From assembly GCA_963675665.1 (NCBI GenBank), contig OY776510.1, positions 1,376,001 through 1,440,000 on the forward strand: DNA of 64,000 bases. The letters are read 5' to 3'. A program made the translations under genes and the position numbers. Of the stretch, positions 48,828 through 58,859 are shown piece after piece (within the stretch, counting starts at the first letter, position 1; every line of letters begins with the position of its first letter). Source of the DNA: Spirochaetia bacterium (GTDB lineage: Bacteria; Spirochaetota; Spirochaetia; UBA9216). The notes under the pieces were generated by a model. It worked only from the letters and a program-made list of their open reading frames with translations, made no database searches and was not told the DNA's origin.

Positions 48828-48856
48828 AGTTTAGCCTCTCACTATTAAAAGGTCAA
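48828..48856 (-). promoter_or_regulatory. Sigma70 promoter upstream of the riboswitch
   Basis: TTGACC(48851-48856)-17-TAAACT(48828-48833). Confidence 0.65.
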
Positions 48857-48920
48857 GCTTTTATATGAGGTTTTATTTACTGCGGCCGGAAGCGGTTAGC
48901 TCGCCGGCCGCAAGTGTTTT

Positions 48921-50555
48921 TTATTTATATTTGTATCTCTTGATTTTTGATGTAGGGGTTTTTTCAAACTCTTCTGTTCTGATTTCAGTGCTGATTATTT
49001 TTGAGTAGGCCGGGAGCTCCCGGTTAACGGTTTTAACCGCCTTTGCTATTTCTTCTTCAATGCCCTCATTTGTAAGTGCAAAGCTCTTTATATAATCAGG
49101 ATCGGGATAAATCAATGCTGTTACATCACCGTCGCGGTCTATTACAAGGGCGTCCGCAACTATATCATGGTTGTTAAGCCTTGCTTCAAGTTCTTCAGGG
49201 TAAATATTCTGCCCCGACGGACCCAGCAGCATATTTTTGCACCTGCCCTTTATAGTGACAACCTGGTCCTGATCCATTACCACCATATCGCCTGTATGAA
49301 GCCATCCGTCCTTATCAATAGCTTCTTTTGTTGCTTCTTCGTTTTTATAATACCCGATCATTACATTTTCTCCGCGTACGCAGAGTTCTCCCTGGCCTGT
49401 GTCAGGATCCTCGTTGTCAACACGGGCTTCGAGATGATAAATGATTTTTCCGGCAGAACCGCTTTTGTAAACATCCCACGGCATATAGCTTATAAGCGGT
49501 CCGCATTCGGTCATTCCGTAACCAACTGTGAATCTGAATCCTATTTTTGTCAGAAATGCTTCTACCTCGGGATTGAATGCGGCAGCTCCGATTACTATTT
49601 CAATGAACCTGCCGCCGAAAGTTTTATTCAGCTTGCCGGAAATGATCCGTTCAAGAAGCTGCTTTATTACCGGAAGTCTGGCATAACTTTTATCAAGAAT
49701 CGGTTTAAGCTGTTTAAAATAAATTTTCTCAATAAGCAGCGGAATGGACAGAATCAGGTTGGGCTGAACGTCCGCAAGGGCTTTTATTATCAGCTGCGGT
49801 GAAATCCTGGGCAGAAACGTAATGTGACAGCCTGTAGCAAAAGGAAAAAGAAAATCAAAAGTACATCCAAAGCTGTGGGCCAGCGGCAGAAAATTCAATA
49901 TCGAATTTCCCGGTTTAAGCTCAATGCTCTTCTGTGCATAGTCTACATTGGCCATAAGGCAGTTATGATTCAGCATAACACCCTTGGAGAACCCGGTAGT
50001 TCCGGATGTATACAGGATTCCGGCCAGCTCTTCATTGTGAATTTCTTCAAATTCAAGATCTTCCTTATTGAATCCGCTTTTATACTTTTCATCGATTATT
50101 GTCCGCGATTCGGTTATTACCGAATCATTTATTGCGTTTTTTGTCATGAATATATGAAAATCGTCAAGGTTTCCCCCTACTTCGAGGTTTGCCAGGTTGT
50201 GAATATCAATATCTTTCCAGATAGCCTCATCTGCAAAGAATATCCTGGATTCCGAATGATTAATAATATTTGTTATATCTCCGCCGGAGAAATCAGGCAG
50301 AATAGGGACTATAACTGCACCGTAGGTCACAGTGGCCAGATAGCATTTTGCCCAGTTAACCGAGTTTTTTCCGCATACTGCGAGTTTGTCCCCTTTTTTT
50401 ATCCCGCATTTTTTGAATACTTCATGAAAAACAAGCATGCTTTTCGCAATATCGCCGAATGTGTGACTGTCGGCATCATAATTAGTGAAACACGGCTGAT
50501 CCCAGTTGTCTTTGAAACTGTTTTCCAGTGTTTTAACAAAATTTCTTTCCAGCAT
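48921..50555 (-). CDS. Long-chain fatty acid-CoA ligase (AMP-binding)
   Basis: YTSGTTGFSKG, GYGMTE, WLHTGD, GQNIYPEE. Confidence 0.92.
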   Translation of the reverse strand: MLERNFVKTLENSFKDNWDQPCFTNYDADSHTFGDIAKSMLVFHEVFKKCGIKKGDKLAVCGKNSVNWAKCYLATVTYGAVIVPILPDFSGGDITNIINHSESRIFFADEAIWKDIDIHNLANLEVGGNLDDFHIFMTKNAINDSVITESRTIIDEKYKSGFNKEDLEFEEIHNEELAGILYTSGTTGFSKGVMLNHNCLMANVDYAQKSIELKPGNSILNFLPLAHSFGCTFDFLFPFATGCHITFLPRISPQLIIKALADVQPNLILSIPLLIEKIYFKQLKPILDKSYARLPVIKQLLERIISGKLNKTFGGRFIEIVIGAAAFNPEVEAFLTKIGFRFTVGYGMTECGPLISYMPWDVYKSGSAGKIIYHLEARVDNEDPDTGQGELCVRGENVMIGYYKNEEATKEAIDKDGWLHTGDMVVMDQDQVVTIKGRCKNMLLGPSGQNIYPEELEARLNNHDIVADALVIDRDGDVTALIYPDPDYIKSFALTNEGIEEEIAKAVKTVNRELPAYSKIISTEIRTEEFEKTPTSKIKRYKYK

Positions 50556-50687
50556 TATTTTCTGCCCCCTGAGTTTTACCGCTTTGCAGCGGTGCATTCA
50601 TTCATTATTATCCATATATTGTCAAAAAACAAGCATTTTCGGGTGAGGGCTGATATTGTCAGGTTGTCGGTTAGAAGTGAGCTTTTT

Positions 50688-51197
50688 CTATTTTCCGTGA
50701 GAGTCAATATCCATGGCGTCCCAGGGGTAACAAATCCATTTGTCTTCGAGTTCTTCGCCGGCGAAATATAGTTTGATTTTATCGGGAATAATTCCGCGCT
50801 TTTCCTTGTTTTTGTTGTGAAGAACAGCAACAGCAATTTCCGAAGGTTCGTCACTCATTAATTCGCGGAGACAATATTCAAGGGTTACCCGCGAATCGTC
50901 GACTTCGTCAACCAGGAGGACTTTTTTCCCTTTCAGTTTTTTCTCAACTTCATCTATCCATTGAATTTTCTCAGGGGCTTCTTTTGGTTTGTTGTTTTCA
51001 TCATAAAGTTTCAGGCCGACTGTAAGAATTGGTTTGTCGAGATATGTTTTAATTATTCTTGCGGGAATGAATCCGCCGGTTCCTATTGCCACGATCAAAT
51101 CAGGATTATACCCTGAGCGCTTGATCTGTTCCGAAAGTTTCCGGATAGTATTGTGAATATCGTTATATGTGAAAAAAATTTTCTCTTCCGATGCCAT
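50688..51197 (-). CDS. Purine (hypoxanthine/guanine/xanthine) phosphoribosyltransferase
   Basis: PRPP motif VLLVDEVDDSRVT, AIGTGGFIPAR, WICYPW. Confidence 0.85.
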   Translation of the reverse strand: MASEEKIFFTYNDIHNTIRKLSEQIKRSGYNPDLIVAIGTGGFIPARIIKTYLDKPILTVGLKLYDENNKPKEAPEKIQWIDEVEKKLKGKKVLLVDEVDDSRVTLEYCLRELMSDEPSEIAVAVLHNKNKEKRGIIPDKIKLYFAGEELEDKWICYPWDAMDIDSHGK

Positions 51198-51354
51198 AAT
51201 TACTCCTGTAAATAATTTCCGCATGGATGCGGGATATAAAAGGCAAAATGAAAAAGTACATGGATGGGCTTTCATCATTACTCAGTATCTGCCGATAATT
51301 ATAAAACGTAGGATATAAGAGTGATATTATCTTTTCAAGAGGTTATAATTGTAA

Positions 51355-54300
51355 TTGAGTATGTTTAAAAGCGAGAGAATATTTTTTTCAACAGCAGCGA
51401 TTTTTTTGGTTCTTTTATTGGTCGCATTCGGCTATTTCTTTGTGACGGACGCTGTCTCGATGAAATCTGCCGATGAACAAACCGTTTACAGCCCGACTCC
51501 GGGAACAACACTGAGCCTGAACAGAGGCTGGAAAAGCTTTTCAGGTGCCGGTTTACAGGACGAACAGGATCTTTCGCCCGATACTTTCCGAACCGGATAC
51601 TATATATACAAGCTTACCCTGAAGACGGAAGGCATGAAGGGCCAGAATGCCTTTCTGATCAATCCCCTGTATTCGGCTTACATTTTGAGTGTTAACGGTG
51701 AGATTGTCTGTGAAACCGGAACTCCCGGTGAAGGTTCCGAGAAATTGTCATTGCTGAAGAGTCACTCTGTTCCATATCTTCAGAGTGAAGATCTTCTTGA
51801 AATTGAAATACAGGTTTCAAACAGCAGCAATTTGTACGGCGGAAGCATGAGCAACTGGATTTCCTACGGTCGTTATAATGATGTTGTCGTGCGGGAACAG
51901 CAGGGAAAGATCCTGGATTCTCTTATTATATTTATCTTTTTAACGATAGCATTTATTCATGTTTTTAATTACTTTTTTCAGCGTAAATACTCTCACAGCC
52001 TGTTTTTCTTTCTTTACCTTTTTGTATATGCGCTTTACGGAATGTTTTCAGGCCGTGTTATTGCTGCATATTTCCTGCCGGTAATGAGCGGAGAGTTTTT
52101 CATCAGGATGCAGTACCTTTTCATGATAATTGCATTTCCGATAATGCTGAATTATGTCCGCTCCATCTATCCGGCAGAGATTCATGGTTTTTCTGTAAAA
52201 TCAGTCCAGATAATCGCATTAGCTGTTTCCGTTTCCATCTTTATTTTTCCCCTGCATATTGCAAGATATATAATTCACGGGTATTCCGTATTGAGAGTGA
52301 CCGGGGCGGTTTATATTCTGTTCGGACTGGTAAAGGCTGCAAGGAGAAATGCGGACGGGGCATTATGGACAGCCGTAAGCTTCAGTATTCTTTTTATATG
52401 TCTGTTTAATGATTTTCTGTATTCCCTGGCAGTCATTTCGACAGTTCGTTTGACTTTTTTGGGCATGTTTGTTTTTTCGTTACATCAGACACATAAATTG
52501 GTTGAAAAAAACCTGGCTGATTACGATTCGGCGGAATCAGCCCATCGCCGGCTTGCCGTATTGGTAAGCCAGAACGAAAGTTTTCTGGAGCGTAATTCAA
52601 TAGAACTGGACAAACCTATCCGGAATGTTATTGAGCTTGGTGAAAGCCTTCTTAAGGGATCCATCGGGCCGCTTAATTCCGAACAGATAGCAACTTCGTC
52701 TCTTATTGTTTCAAACGGTGTCAGATTGTCCAATATGGTTAATGATATCCTGTATTTTTCGAGTATCAAGGAAAAGGCGATTGATCTGAACTATGGGCCG
52801 GTTAATCTTTTCAAAATATCCCGAAAAGTTATTAACAGCTGCGAGGCCCTGGTTGCGGTAAAGCATGTGGATCTTTCAATCAGGATTTCAAGGGATGTTA
52901 AGCCGGTTTATGCGGATGAAAGACGGCTTGAGCAGATTCTTTATAACATAACAAGCAACTCGATTCGTCATACAGCAAAAGGGCAGATTGAAATAGACTG
53001 TAATGAAAGTCCCGATAGTATTGAGATCAGGATCAGTGTTGAAGGTTCTGATTTTGATAAGGATGTTGTCGAAAAGCTGTTTGATGCCTATGAAAGGGGA
53101 ATTGACGAGGGGATAAACGAGCAGGATGCTTCGGATCTCAGCCTGGCAATAGCCTATAAGCTGATAGAGCTGCATGGAAAAGAGATAAGGGTAGAAACAG
53201 ACGGAAACAGGCTGGACTATTTATTCGAACTGGACTTGTGGACAGGCGGAGAAGGCCTTTCTGATGAAGAAGCCCTTGAAATGGACGCTTTGATAAATCT
53301 GCAGCCGGTTTTTGATGAAATAACTTCCGATCGTAATATTGAGGTATTGATTACCGGCAAAGATGTAGAGGAGCTGCAGATTTTAAAGAGTCAGTTATCA
53401 TCTTTAAATTATTCAGTACTCCCGATGATGTCGGGCGAAGAATTACTCGGAAGGGTTCGGGAGAATGCACCTCATCTGGTTGTAATGGACGTGAAACTTC
53501 CCGACATGAGCGGGTATGAAGTCTGCGGTGAAATTCGAAAAATATACTCCAAGGACGAGCTTCCCGTTATTCTTATCATAAACAAGGAAGATATCTCAGA
53601 CATGATGGAAGGTCTTACCTCCGGGGCGAATGATTTTCTTACCAGGCCGTATCTGCAGGAGGAATTCCTGACCAGGGTAAATACTCACCTGCAGTTGTCC
53701 AGAATAAGCAATATATACAGCAGGTTTGTGCCTACAGAATTTCTGCGTTCGCTGGGACAGGAAAATATTCTTGATGTCGAGCTTGGCGATCAGGTATCAC
53801 GGGAGATGACTATCCTGTTTGTTGATATACGTGCGTTTACAAATCTGTCTGAAAACATGACTCCGGAAGAGAATTTTAAATTCATAAATTCATATCTGAG
53901 CCGGTTCAGCCCGATGATTACCAATAACGGCGGATTCGTAGACAAGTATATAGGCGATGCGATAATGGCGCTGTTTCCGGATAAACCTGAAAACGCGCTT
54001 GCTGCCGCCAAAGAGATGATTGAGCATGTTAATGTGTATAACGGTCACCGGGCCAATTGCGGTTACCGGGCAATAAACATCGGAATCGGTATTCATACTG
54101 GAAATATGATTCTCGGTATTATTGGGGATCAGAAACGAATGCAGGGAACCGTTATTTCCGATGCAGTTAACCTGGCCTCCCGAATTCAGGACGTAACCAA
54201 GCTTTACAAGGCTAATATCGTGATTAGTCAGGAAACCTTTGTGAAGCTGGAAAACCCGATGGATTACAACTTCAGATTTCTCGGCAGGGTCAAGGTAAAG

Positions 54301-54555
54301 GGGAAGGACAAGGCTGTTGCCCTGTTCGAAATCTTTGACGCGGATGATGATGTCAAGCTTGACAAAAAGAACCGTACGAAAGCCGATTTTGAAGAAGCTA
54401 TAATGAACTTCTCAAGAAGGGAATTTGAAGAAGCGCAAAACCTGCTTATGAAAGTATCTGCCGTTGATCCCGACGACAAGACAGCGAAAATATTCATGGA
54501 ACGGATAGAGAAGATACGGCTTGCCGAAAAGAAGGATTTTCTTACGTCGCTGTAG
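51355..54555 (+). CDS. Membrane hybrid sensor: 7TM-DISM-like region, degenerate kinase, receiver and class III adenylate cyclase
   Basis: Multiple TM helices; ADERRLEQILYN; VMDVKLPDMSG; LFVDIRAFT, DKYIGDAIMA, GIHTG, TVISDAVNLASR. Confidence 0.88.
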   Translation: MSMFKSERIFFSTAAIFLVLLLVAFGYFFVTDAVSMKSADEQTVYSPTPGTTLSLNRGWKSFSGAGLQDEQDLSPDTFRTGYYIYKLTLKTEGMKGQNAFLINPLYSAYILSVNGEIVCETGTPGEGSEKLSLLKSHSVPYLQSEDLLEIEIQVSNSSNLYGGSMSNWISYGRYNDVVVREQQGKILDSLIIFIFLTIAFIHVFNYFFQRKYSHSLFFFLYLFVYALYGMFSGRVIAAYFLPVMSGEFFIRMQYLFMIIAFPIMLNYVRSIYPAEIHGFSVKSVQIIALAVSVSIFIFPLHIARYIIHGYSVLRVTGAVYILFGLVKAARRNADGALWTAVSFSILFICLFNDFLYSLAVISTVRLTFLGMFVFSLHQTHKLVEKNLADYDSAESAHRRLAVLVSQNESFLERNSIELDKPIRNVIELGESLLKGSIGPLNSEQIATSSLIVSNGVRLSNMVNDILYFSSIKEKAIDLNYGPVNLFKISRKVINSCEALVAVKHVDLSIRISRDVKPVYADERRLEQILYNITSNSIRHTAKGQIEIDCNESPDSIEIRISVEGSDFDKDVVEKLFDAYERGIDEGINEQDASDLSLAIAYKLIELHGKEIRVETDGNRLDYLFELDLWTGGEGLSDEEALEMDALINLQPVFDEITSDRNIEVLITGKDVEELQILKSQLSSLNYSVLPMMSGEELLGRVRENAPHLVVMDVKLPDMSGYEVCGEIRKIYSKDELPVILIINKEDISDMMEGLTSGANDFLTRPYLQEEFLTRVNTHLQLSRISNIYSRFVPTEFLRSLGQENILDVELGDQVSREMTILFVDIRAFTNLSENMTPEENFKFINSYLSRFSPMITNNGGFVDKYIGDAIMALFPDKPENALAAAKEMIEHVNVYNGHRANCGYRAINIGIGIHTGNMILGIIGDQKRMQGTVISDAVNLASRIQDVTKLYKANIVISQETFVKLENPMDYNFRFLGRVKVKGKDKAVALFEIFDADDDVKLDKKNRTKADFEEAIMNFSRREFEEAQNLLMKVSAVDPDDKTAKIFMERIEKIRLAEKKDFLTSL

Positions 54556-54568
54556 ATTAGTTTTGATG

Positions 54569-55786
54569 TTAATCGAGTTTAAGCGGTGATGTTTCAAAAG
54601 TTTCAAGCGACAGAAACAATTGGTCCTGTGAATACAGGGCTGCGCCGATTGCCCCGGAATATCTTGTCAGTTTGGAGATTGCAAAACGTGTTTCTCCGGC
54701 AAAACCATGTTCATGATATCTTTTAATATAATCAAGAATGATTTCGGGTATTTCTCTGACTACGCCTCCGGTCAGGATCAATATTTTGGGATTTACAAGT
54801 TGTGTTATTATGCTTGTTACCTGTGCTATTTTTTTTGATACTTCCTGTACAACGGTATTGGCATAACGGTCTCCGTTGCTGCAGGCATGAAAAATAGGAG
54901 AAGCATCAACAACTTTTCTGGCCAGTTCGTCTTCCTGAAACTTTATCGACGTTATTACTCCCTTTTTTATTTCATTTTCCGCCTGCCTGCGAAGGGCCCA
55001 GCTTGAAGCATAGGTTTCAAGGCATCCCTGCTTTCCGCAGATGCAGATTCTGTCATCCTGTGAAACTCTTATATGACCGACTTCTGTGGCGAATCCGTTT
55101 TCTCCCCAGAAGACCTGGTTGTTGAGAACCAGCCCTCCGCCGATTCCCGCGCCGAGATTAAGAAGAAAAAAAGAATCGGTTTCCTGCCCCAGGCCTTTCC
55201 TCTGTTCTGCCAGGGTCATGGTTCTGGCGCTGTCTTTAAGGAAAATCGGAAGGTGGGCCCATTCGGGAAAAATGGAATCGAATTGTTGTTTTATGTTTAT
55301 GTTGTCCCATTCTGTAAAGAAAGGGACTTTTCTGCAGAGCATTTTATCTGTTTCCAGGAAGGCGGACATTGAAAGACCGATGCTGATAATTTTCTTTTCC
55401 GACAGCCCGTTTTCTTCCATGAGCTTGTTTATTACAACGCCAATATTCTGAAAAGTTTTTTCAGGACCAGTATCGAGTTTGCTGGGGTAGAAGGTTTCAG
55501 CCAGAGTTTCTCCGTTCAGATCGAGAATTATAATCTTGGTCTCCCAGCCGCCGATATCAATCCCTATGCTGTAAGCAATATATGATCTTATACGAATAAC
55601 ATTCAGTTTTCTTCCTACCTGGCCGGCGCTCTTTGCCTGAAAGTCCAGGTACTTTTTATTCTGTGCTGAATTCAGGTAGTTGTTTAAGGAGGAAGATGAT
55701 ACTCCGGTGAGATTAAGCAGTTCGGATTTTGTTAATCCGTCGTTTCTTCTCAGTGCGTCAAAGACGGAAAACTCGGTTCGATTCAT
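54569..55786 (-). CDS. ROK-family transcriptional regulator
   Basis: N-terminal HTH; GIDIGG, GAGIGGG, EVGH, CICGKQGCLE. Confidence 0.92.
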   Translation of the reverse strand: MNRTEFSVFDALRRNDGLTKSELLNLTGVSSSSLNNYLNSAQNKKYLDFQAKSAGQVGRKLNVIRIRSYIAYSIGIDIGGWETKIIILDLNGETLAETFYPSKLDTGPEKTFQNIGVVINKLMEENGLSEKKIISIGLSMSAFLETDKMLCRKVPFFTEWDNINIKQQFDSIFPEWAHLPIFLKDSARTMTLAEQRKGLGQETDSFFLLNLGAGIGGGLVLNNQVFWGENGFATEVGHIRVSQDDRICICGKQGCLETYASSWALRRQAENEIKKGVITSIKFQEDELARKVVDASPIFHACSNGDRYANTVVQEVSKKIAQVTSIITQLVNPKILILTGGVVREIPEIILDYIKRYHEHGFAGETRFAISKLTRYSGAIGAALYSQDQLFLSLETFETSPLKLD

Positions 55787-55859
55787 GCGACAATTCTATT
55801 CTGTTTGGAAGAAATAATCAATCATCTTTTCGTGTTATAAGTTCTAAAAGTGTTAAAAT

Positions 55860-55967
55860 TAATATTAAAATTATATGATACACCATAAAAACCGTTAAAT
55901 AATATTAAAATTAATATAAATAAGGCTTGACAGCTGATGATAATTGCTGTATTAGTACAAATATAAT
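55860..55967 (+). promoter_or_regulatory. Promoter region with AT-rich direct repeats (candidate ROK sites)
   Basis: TAATATTAAAATTA at 55860-55873 and 55900-55913; TTGACA at 55927-55932. Confidence 0.4.
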
Positions 55968-55986
55968 CTTTAATTAGGGGCGAATA

Positions 55987-57348
55987 ATGAACAATACCGA
56001 AAGTTCACCTGTCTATGATGATCGAATGGGAGGGCAGATAAGCCGGAAAGAAATTGATGATATTATGAATAATCATTATATGCATGCCGATGTTCCCAAA
56101 GGTCCTTTTCTTGTAGAAGGAAAAGGCTGTGAAATAACCGATATAAACGGGAAAACTATAATTGACTGTCAGGCTCAGGCCTGGGCCCTCAATGCAGGGC
56201 ATTGTGTTGAAGAAATTATGGATGCGGCATTCAGGCAGGGTAAGATACTTGCGCATTGCAGGCCCGTCCACGATACCTTTCCCAGAACACGATTAATACA
56301 GAAACTTGCGGAAATAGCTCCGCATAATCTGAAAAAAGTAGGGCTGGCACTGGGCGGTTCTTCCGCTTCGGAGTCGGCTTTAAAGCTGGCAATGGTCAAC
56401 CGTCCGGAAGCGACAAATTTTATTACTCTTTATAATGCCTGGCATGGAAATTCATTAGCAACGATAGGTGCATCATGGACGCCGACGCTCACAAAAAAGC
56501 AAAAGTTCGGATTTGGAATTAAATTTAAACCGTTTATGCAGAATTTCCTTCGGGCACCCAATCCTTATTGTTACAGATGCTATTTTGGTGAGTCTCCGGA
56601 AAACTGTAAACTTACCTGTGCAAAAGTGCTGGAGCTGACAATAGAAAAAGCTGCGAGCGGTCCCGTGGCAGCGGTTTATCTTGAACCTTTACAGGGTGTA
56701 GGCGGCCAGATTCCGCTTCCCAAAAAATATCTGCAGGAAGTTAGAAGAATTTGTGATAAATACAATGTCCTGATGATGTTTGATGAAGTTCAAACCGCTT
56801 TCGGCAGAATGGGGACGATGTTTGCCGCCGATTATTACGGAGTATATCCCGATGTAATAGCCCTGGCAAAGGGAATGGGCAACGGCTGGCCCGTAGGAGG
56901 AATTCTGGCCAGCACGGATTTAAAATCGTTCGATTCCGATGGCGAAGATGCGTATACCTGTATGAATAATGCCATGATTCATGCCGCGGTTGTGGCTAAT
57001 ATAAAATATATACAGGATAAAAAGCTGTGCGAAAATGCCCGGATTATGGGTAATTATATTACTGAAAAAATAAAAGAGATACAGAAAAGAATACCGCAGA
57101 TTGGAGATGTCCGGGGTCCCGGTCTTCATATAGGTGTTGAATTTGTTGAAGACCCGGAAAGTAAAGTGCCTGCGGATGAGAAGACCCTGGAGGTTTATAA
57201 AAAGGGAATAGAAAAAGGCGTTTTCTTCGGTCTGAGCGGGGCAATAGATAATGTCTTGAAAATCAAGCCGCCGTTAAATATTGACAGGAAAACGGCAGAC
57301 AAAGTCCTGACGGTTTTTGAAGAATGCGTCACGGAAGTTTTTGGATAA
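55987..57348 (+). CDS. Class III PLP aminotransferase
   Basis: NAGH, AWHG, EPLQGVGG, FDEVQTAFGR, AKGMGNG, DVRGPG. Confidence 0.92.
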   Translation: MNNTESSPVYDDRMGGQISRKEIDDIMNNHYMHADVPKGPFLVEGKGCEITDINGKTIIDCQAQAWALNAGHCVEEIMDAAFRQGKILAHCRPVHDTFPRTRLIQKLAEIAPHNLKKVGLALGGSSASESALKLAMVNRPEATNFITLYNAWHGNSLATIGASWTPTLTKKQKFGFGIKFKPFMQNFLRAPNPYCYRCYFGESPENCKLTCAKVLELTIEKAASGPVAAVYLEPLQGVGGQIPLPKKYLQEVRRICDKYNVLMMFDEVQTAFGRMGTMFAADYYGVYPDVIALAKGMGNGWPVGGILASTDLKSFDSDGEDAYTCMNNAMIHAAVVANIKYIQDKKLCENARIMGNYITEKIKEIQKRIPQIGDVRGPGLHIGVEFVEDPESKVPADEKTLEVYKKGIEKGVFFGLSGAIDNVLKIKPPLNIDRKTADKVLTVFEECVTEVFG

Positions 57349-57426
57349 TTATTGCCGAATAACCTGGAGTTTCATGATAGTATCTGACTGGAACCTCAGG
57401 TTAAAAATATATTTGGAGGTTTTTAA

Positions 57427-58791
57427 ATGAAAGGGTTTTTTAAGAAATTGATTCTGGCGTCTGTTCTTATGTTCCTGTTTCTCCTGCCCTGTTTCGGCGG
57501 AGGAGCCCAGGAAAGCGATCAGGTTGTTTTAAAGGTGATTGCCGAAATGCATAATCCTACATTGGCACTTGAAAAGCAGCTGCCGGAATTCGAAAAGCTT
57601 ACCGGAATCAAGGTTGAACTGGAATACGGTCCCATGGATTCCGTCGTGCAGAAAGAGTTGCTTGCTCTTCAGGCGGGAACAGCGGAGTATGATGTGATTT
57701 CTGCTCCGTTTCAGTTTATCGGAAGTTTCGTGGAAAATGACTACATTCTGGATATTGATGACATGATGGCTGATCCGCAGAATGCAATTGCCGGATTCAA
57801 TGCTGACAACATGGTTAAAGGCATGTGGGATGTAGCTGCAAACTGGAAAGGAAGCTATTACGGTGTGCCTTCGAACACCTGTATACAGATCCTTGCCTAT
57901 CGTAAAGATCTTTTTAAGGACCCGGCCGAAGCTTCCGCTTTCAAGGCAAAGTACGGATATGAGCTTGAAGTGCCCGACAACTGGAAAGCATACAAAGATA
58001 TCGCTGAGTTTTTTACACGGAGTAAGGGTGAAAAGCTTGCCGGTGAAGTTTTAAGCCAGGATTTCTACGGAATCACTTTTTCCGGGAAAAGACATGACGC
58101 GGCAGTCTGCGACTGGCAGAGCATTGCATGGTCTTTCGGCGGCGGTACTTTTAACGATTCAGGCGATCTTGTAATAGACAGTCCTGAAAATGTAAAAGCC
58201 CTAAGTTATATCAAAAGCCTGATACCATTTGCTCCTCCCGGAATAAGCATTAATACATGGGATGAGAAAACCACACAGTTTCAGCAGGGGCTGGTGGCAA
58301 TGACGATTATTTTCAATGATTGCGCGCCGGCAATTGAGGACATTGAGAATTCGCGGTCAGCAGGTAAAATGGGATATGCTGTTGTTCCGGTTGAGCAGAA
58401 AAGCATCGGTGGAAATTACGGCGCATGGGCATTCTATATTCCAAAGGATGCCAAAAACCCGGAAGCTTCATGGAAATTTTTGCAATGGGTAAGTACTCCC
58501 GAAGTGCAGAGAAATATTGTAACCGAAGGCGGAGGATTTCCAACTTTACAGTCCCTGTATAAAGATGAGGAGTTCAAATCTAGCATTCCTTACTGGGAAG
58601 GGTCTTATGAAGCCTACCAGATTTGCTCTTCCAAACCAAGGATTCCCGAATGGAATGAAATTAATAATGTTATTATGCTTCATCTTTCCAGAGTGTATAA
58701 TGACGAAGTTGCTCCTGAAGAAGCGCTTTCCAGCATGCGGAAAGAAATTAATGTCATAATGGAAGGAAAGCTGCCAATATCATATAAATAA
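57427..58791 (+). CDS. CUT1 sugar ABC substrate-binding protein
   Basis: Signal peptide FGGGAQE; FEKLTGIKV, YRKDLF, AWSFGG, PRIPEW. Confidence 0.9.
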   Translation: MKGFFKKLILASVLMFLFLLPCFGGGAQESDQVVLKVIAEMHNPTLALEKQLPEFEKLTGIKVELEYGPMDSVVQKELLALQAGTAEYDVISAPFQFIGSFVENDYILDIDDMMADPQNAIAGFNADNMVKGMWDVAANWKGSYYGVPSNTCIQILAYRKDLFKDPAEASAFKAKYGYELEVPDNWKAYKDIAEFFTRSKGEKLAGEVLSQDFYGITFSGKRHDAAVCDWQSIAWSFGGGTFNDSGDLVIDSPENVKALSYIKSLIPFAPPGISINTWDEKTTQFQQGLVAMTIIFNDCAPAIEDIENSRSAGKMGYAVVPVEQKSIGGNYGAWAFYIPKDAKNPEASWKFLQWVSTPEVQRNIVTEGGGFPTLQSLYKDEEFKSSIPYWEGSYEAYQICSSKPRIPEWNEINNVIMLHLSRVYNDEVAPEEALSSMRKEINVIMEGKLPISYK

Positions 58792-58859
58792 TGTATTCAC
58801 ACCCGCGGCAGGATATTGTCGCGGGGATTTATCCTTATCTGTCACCAGGAGATTCATAT

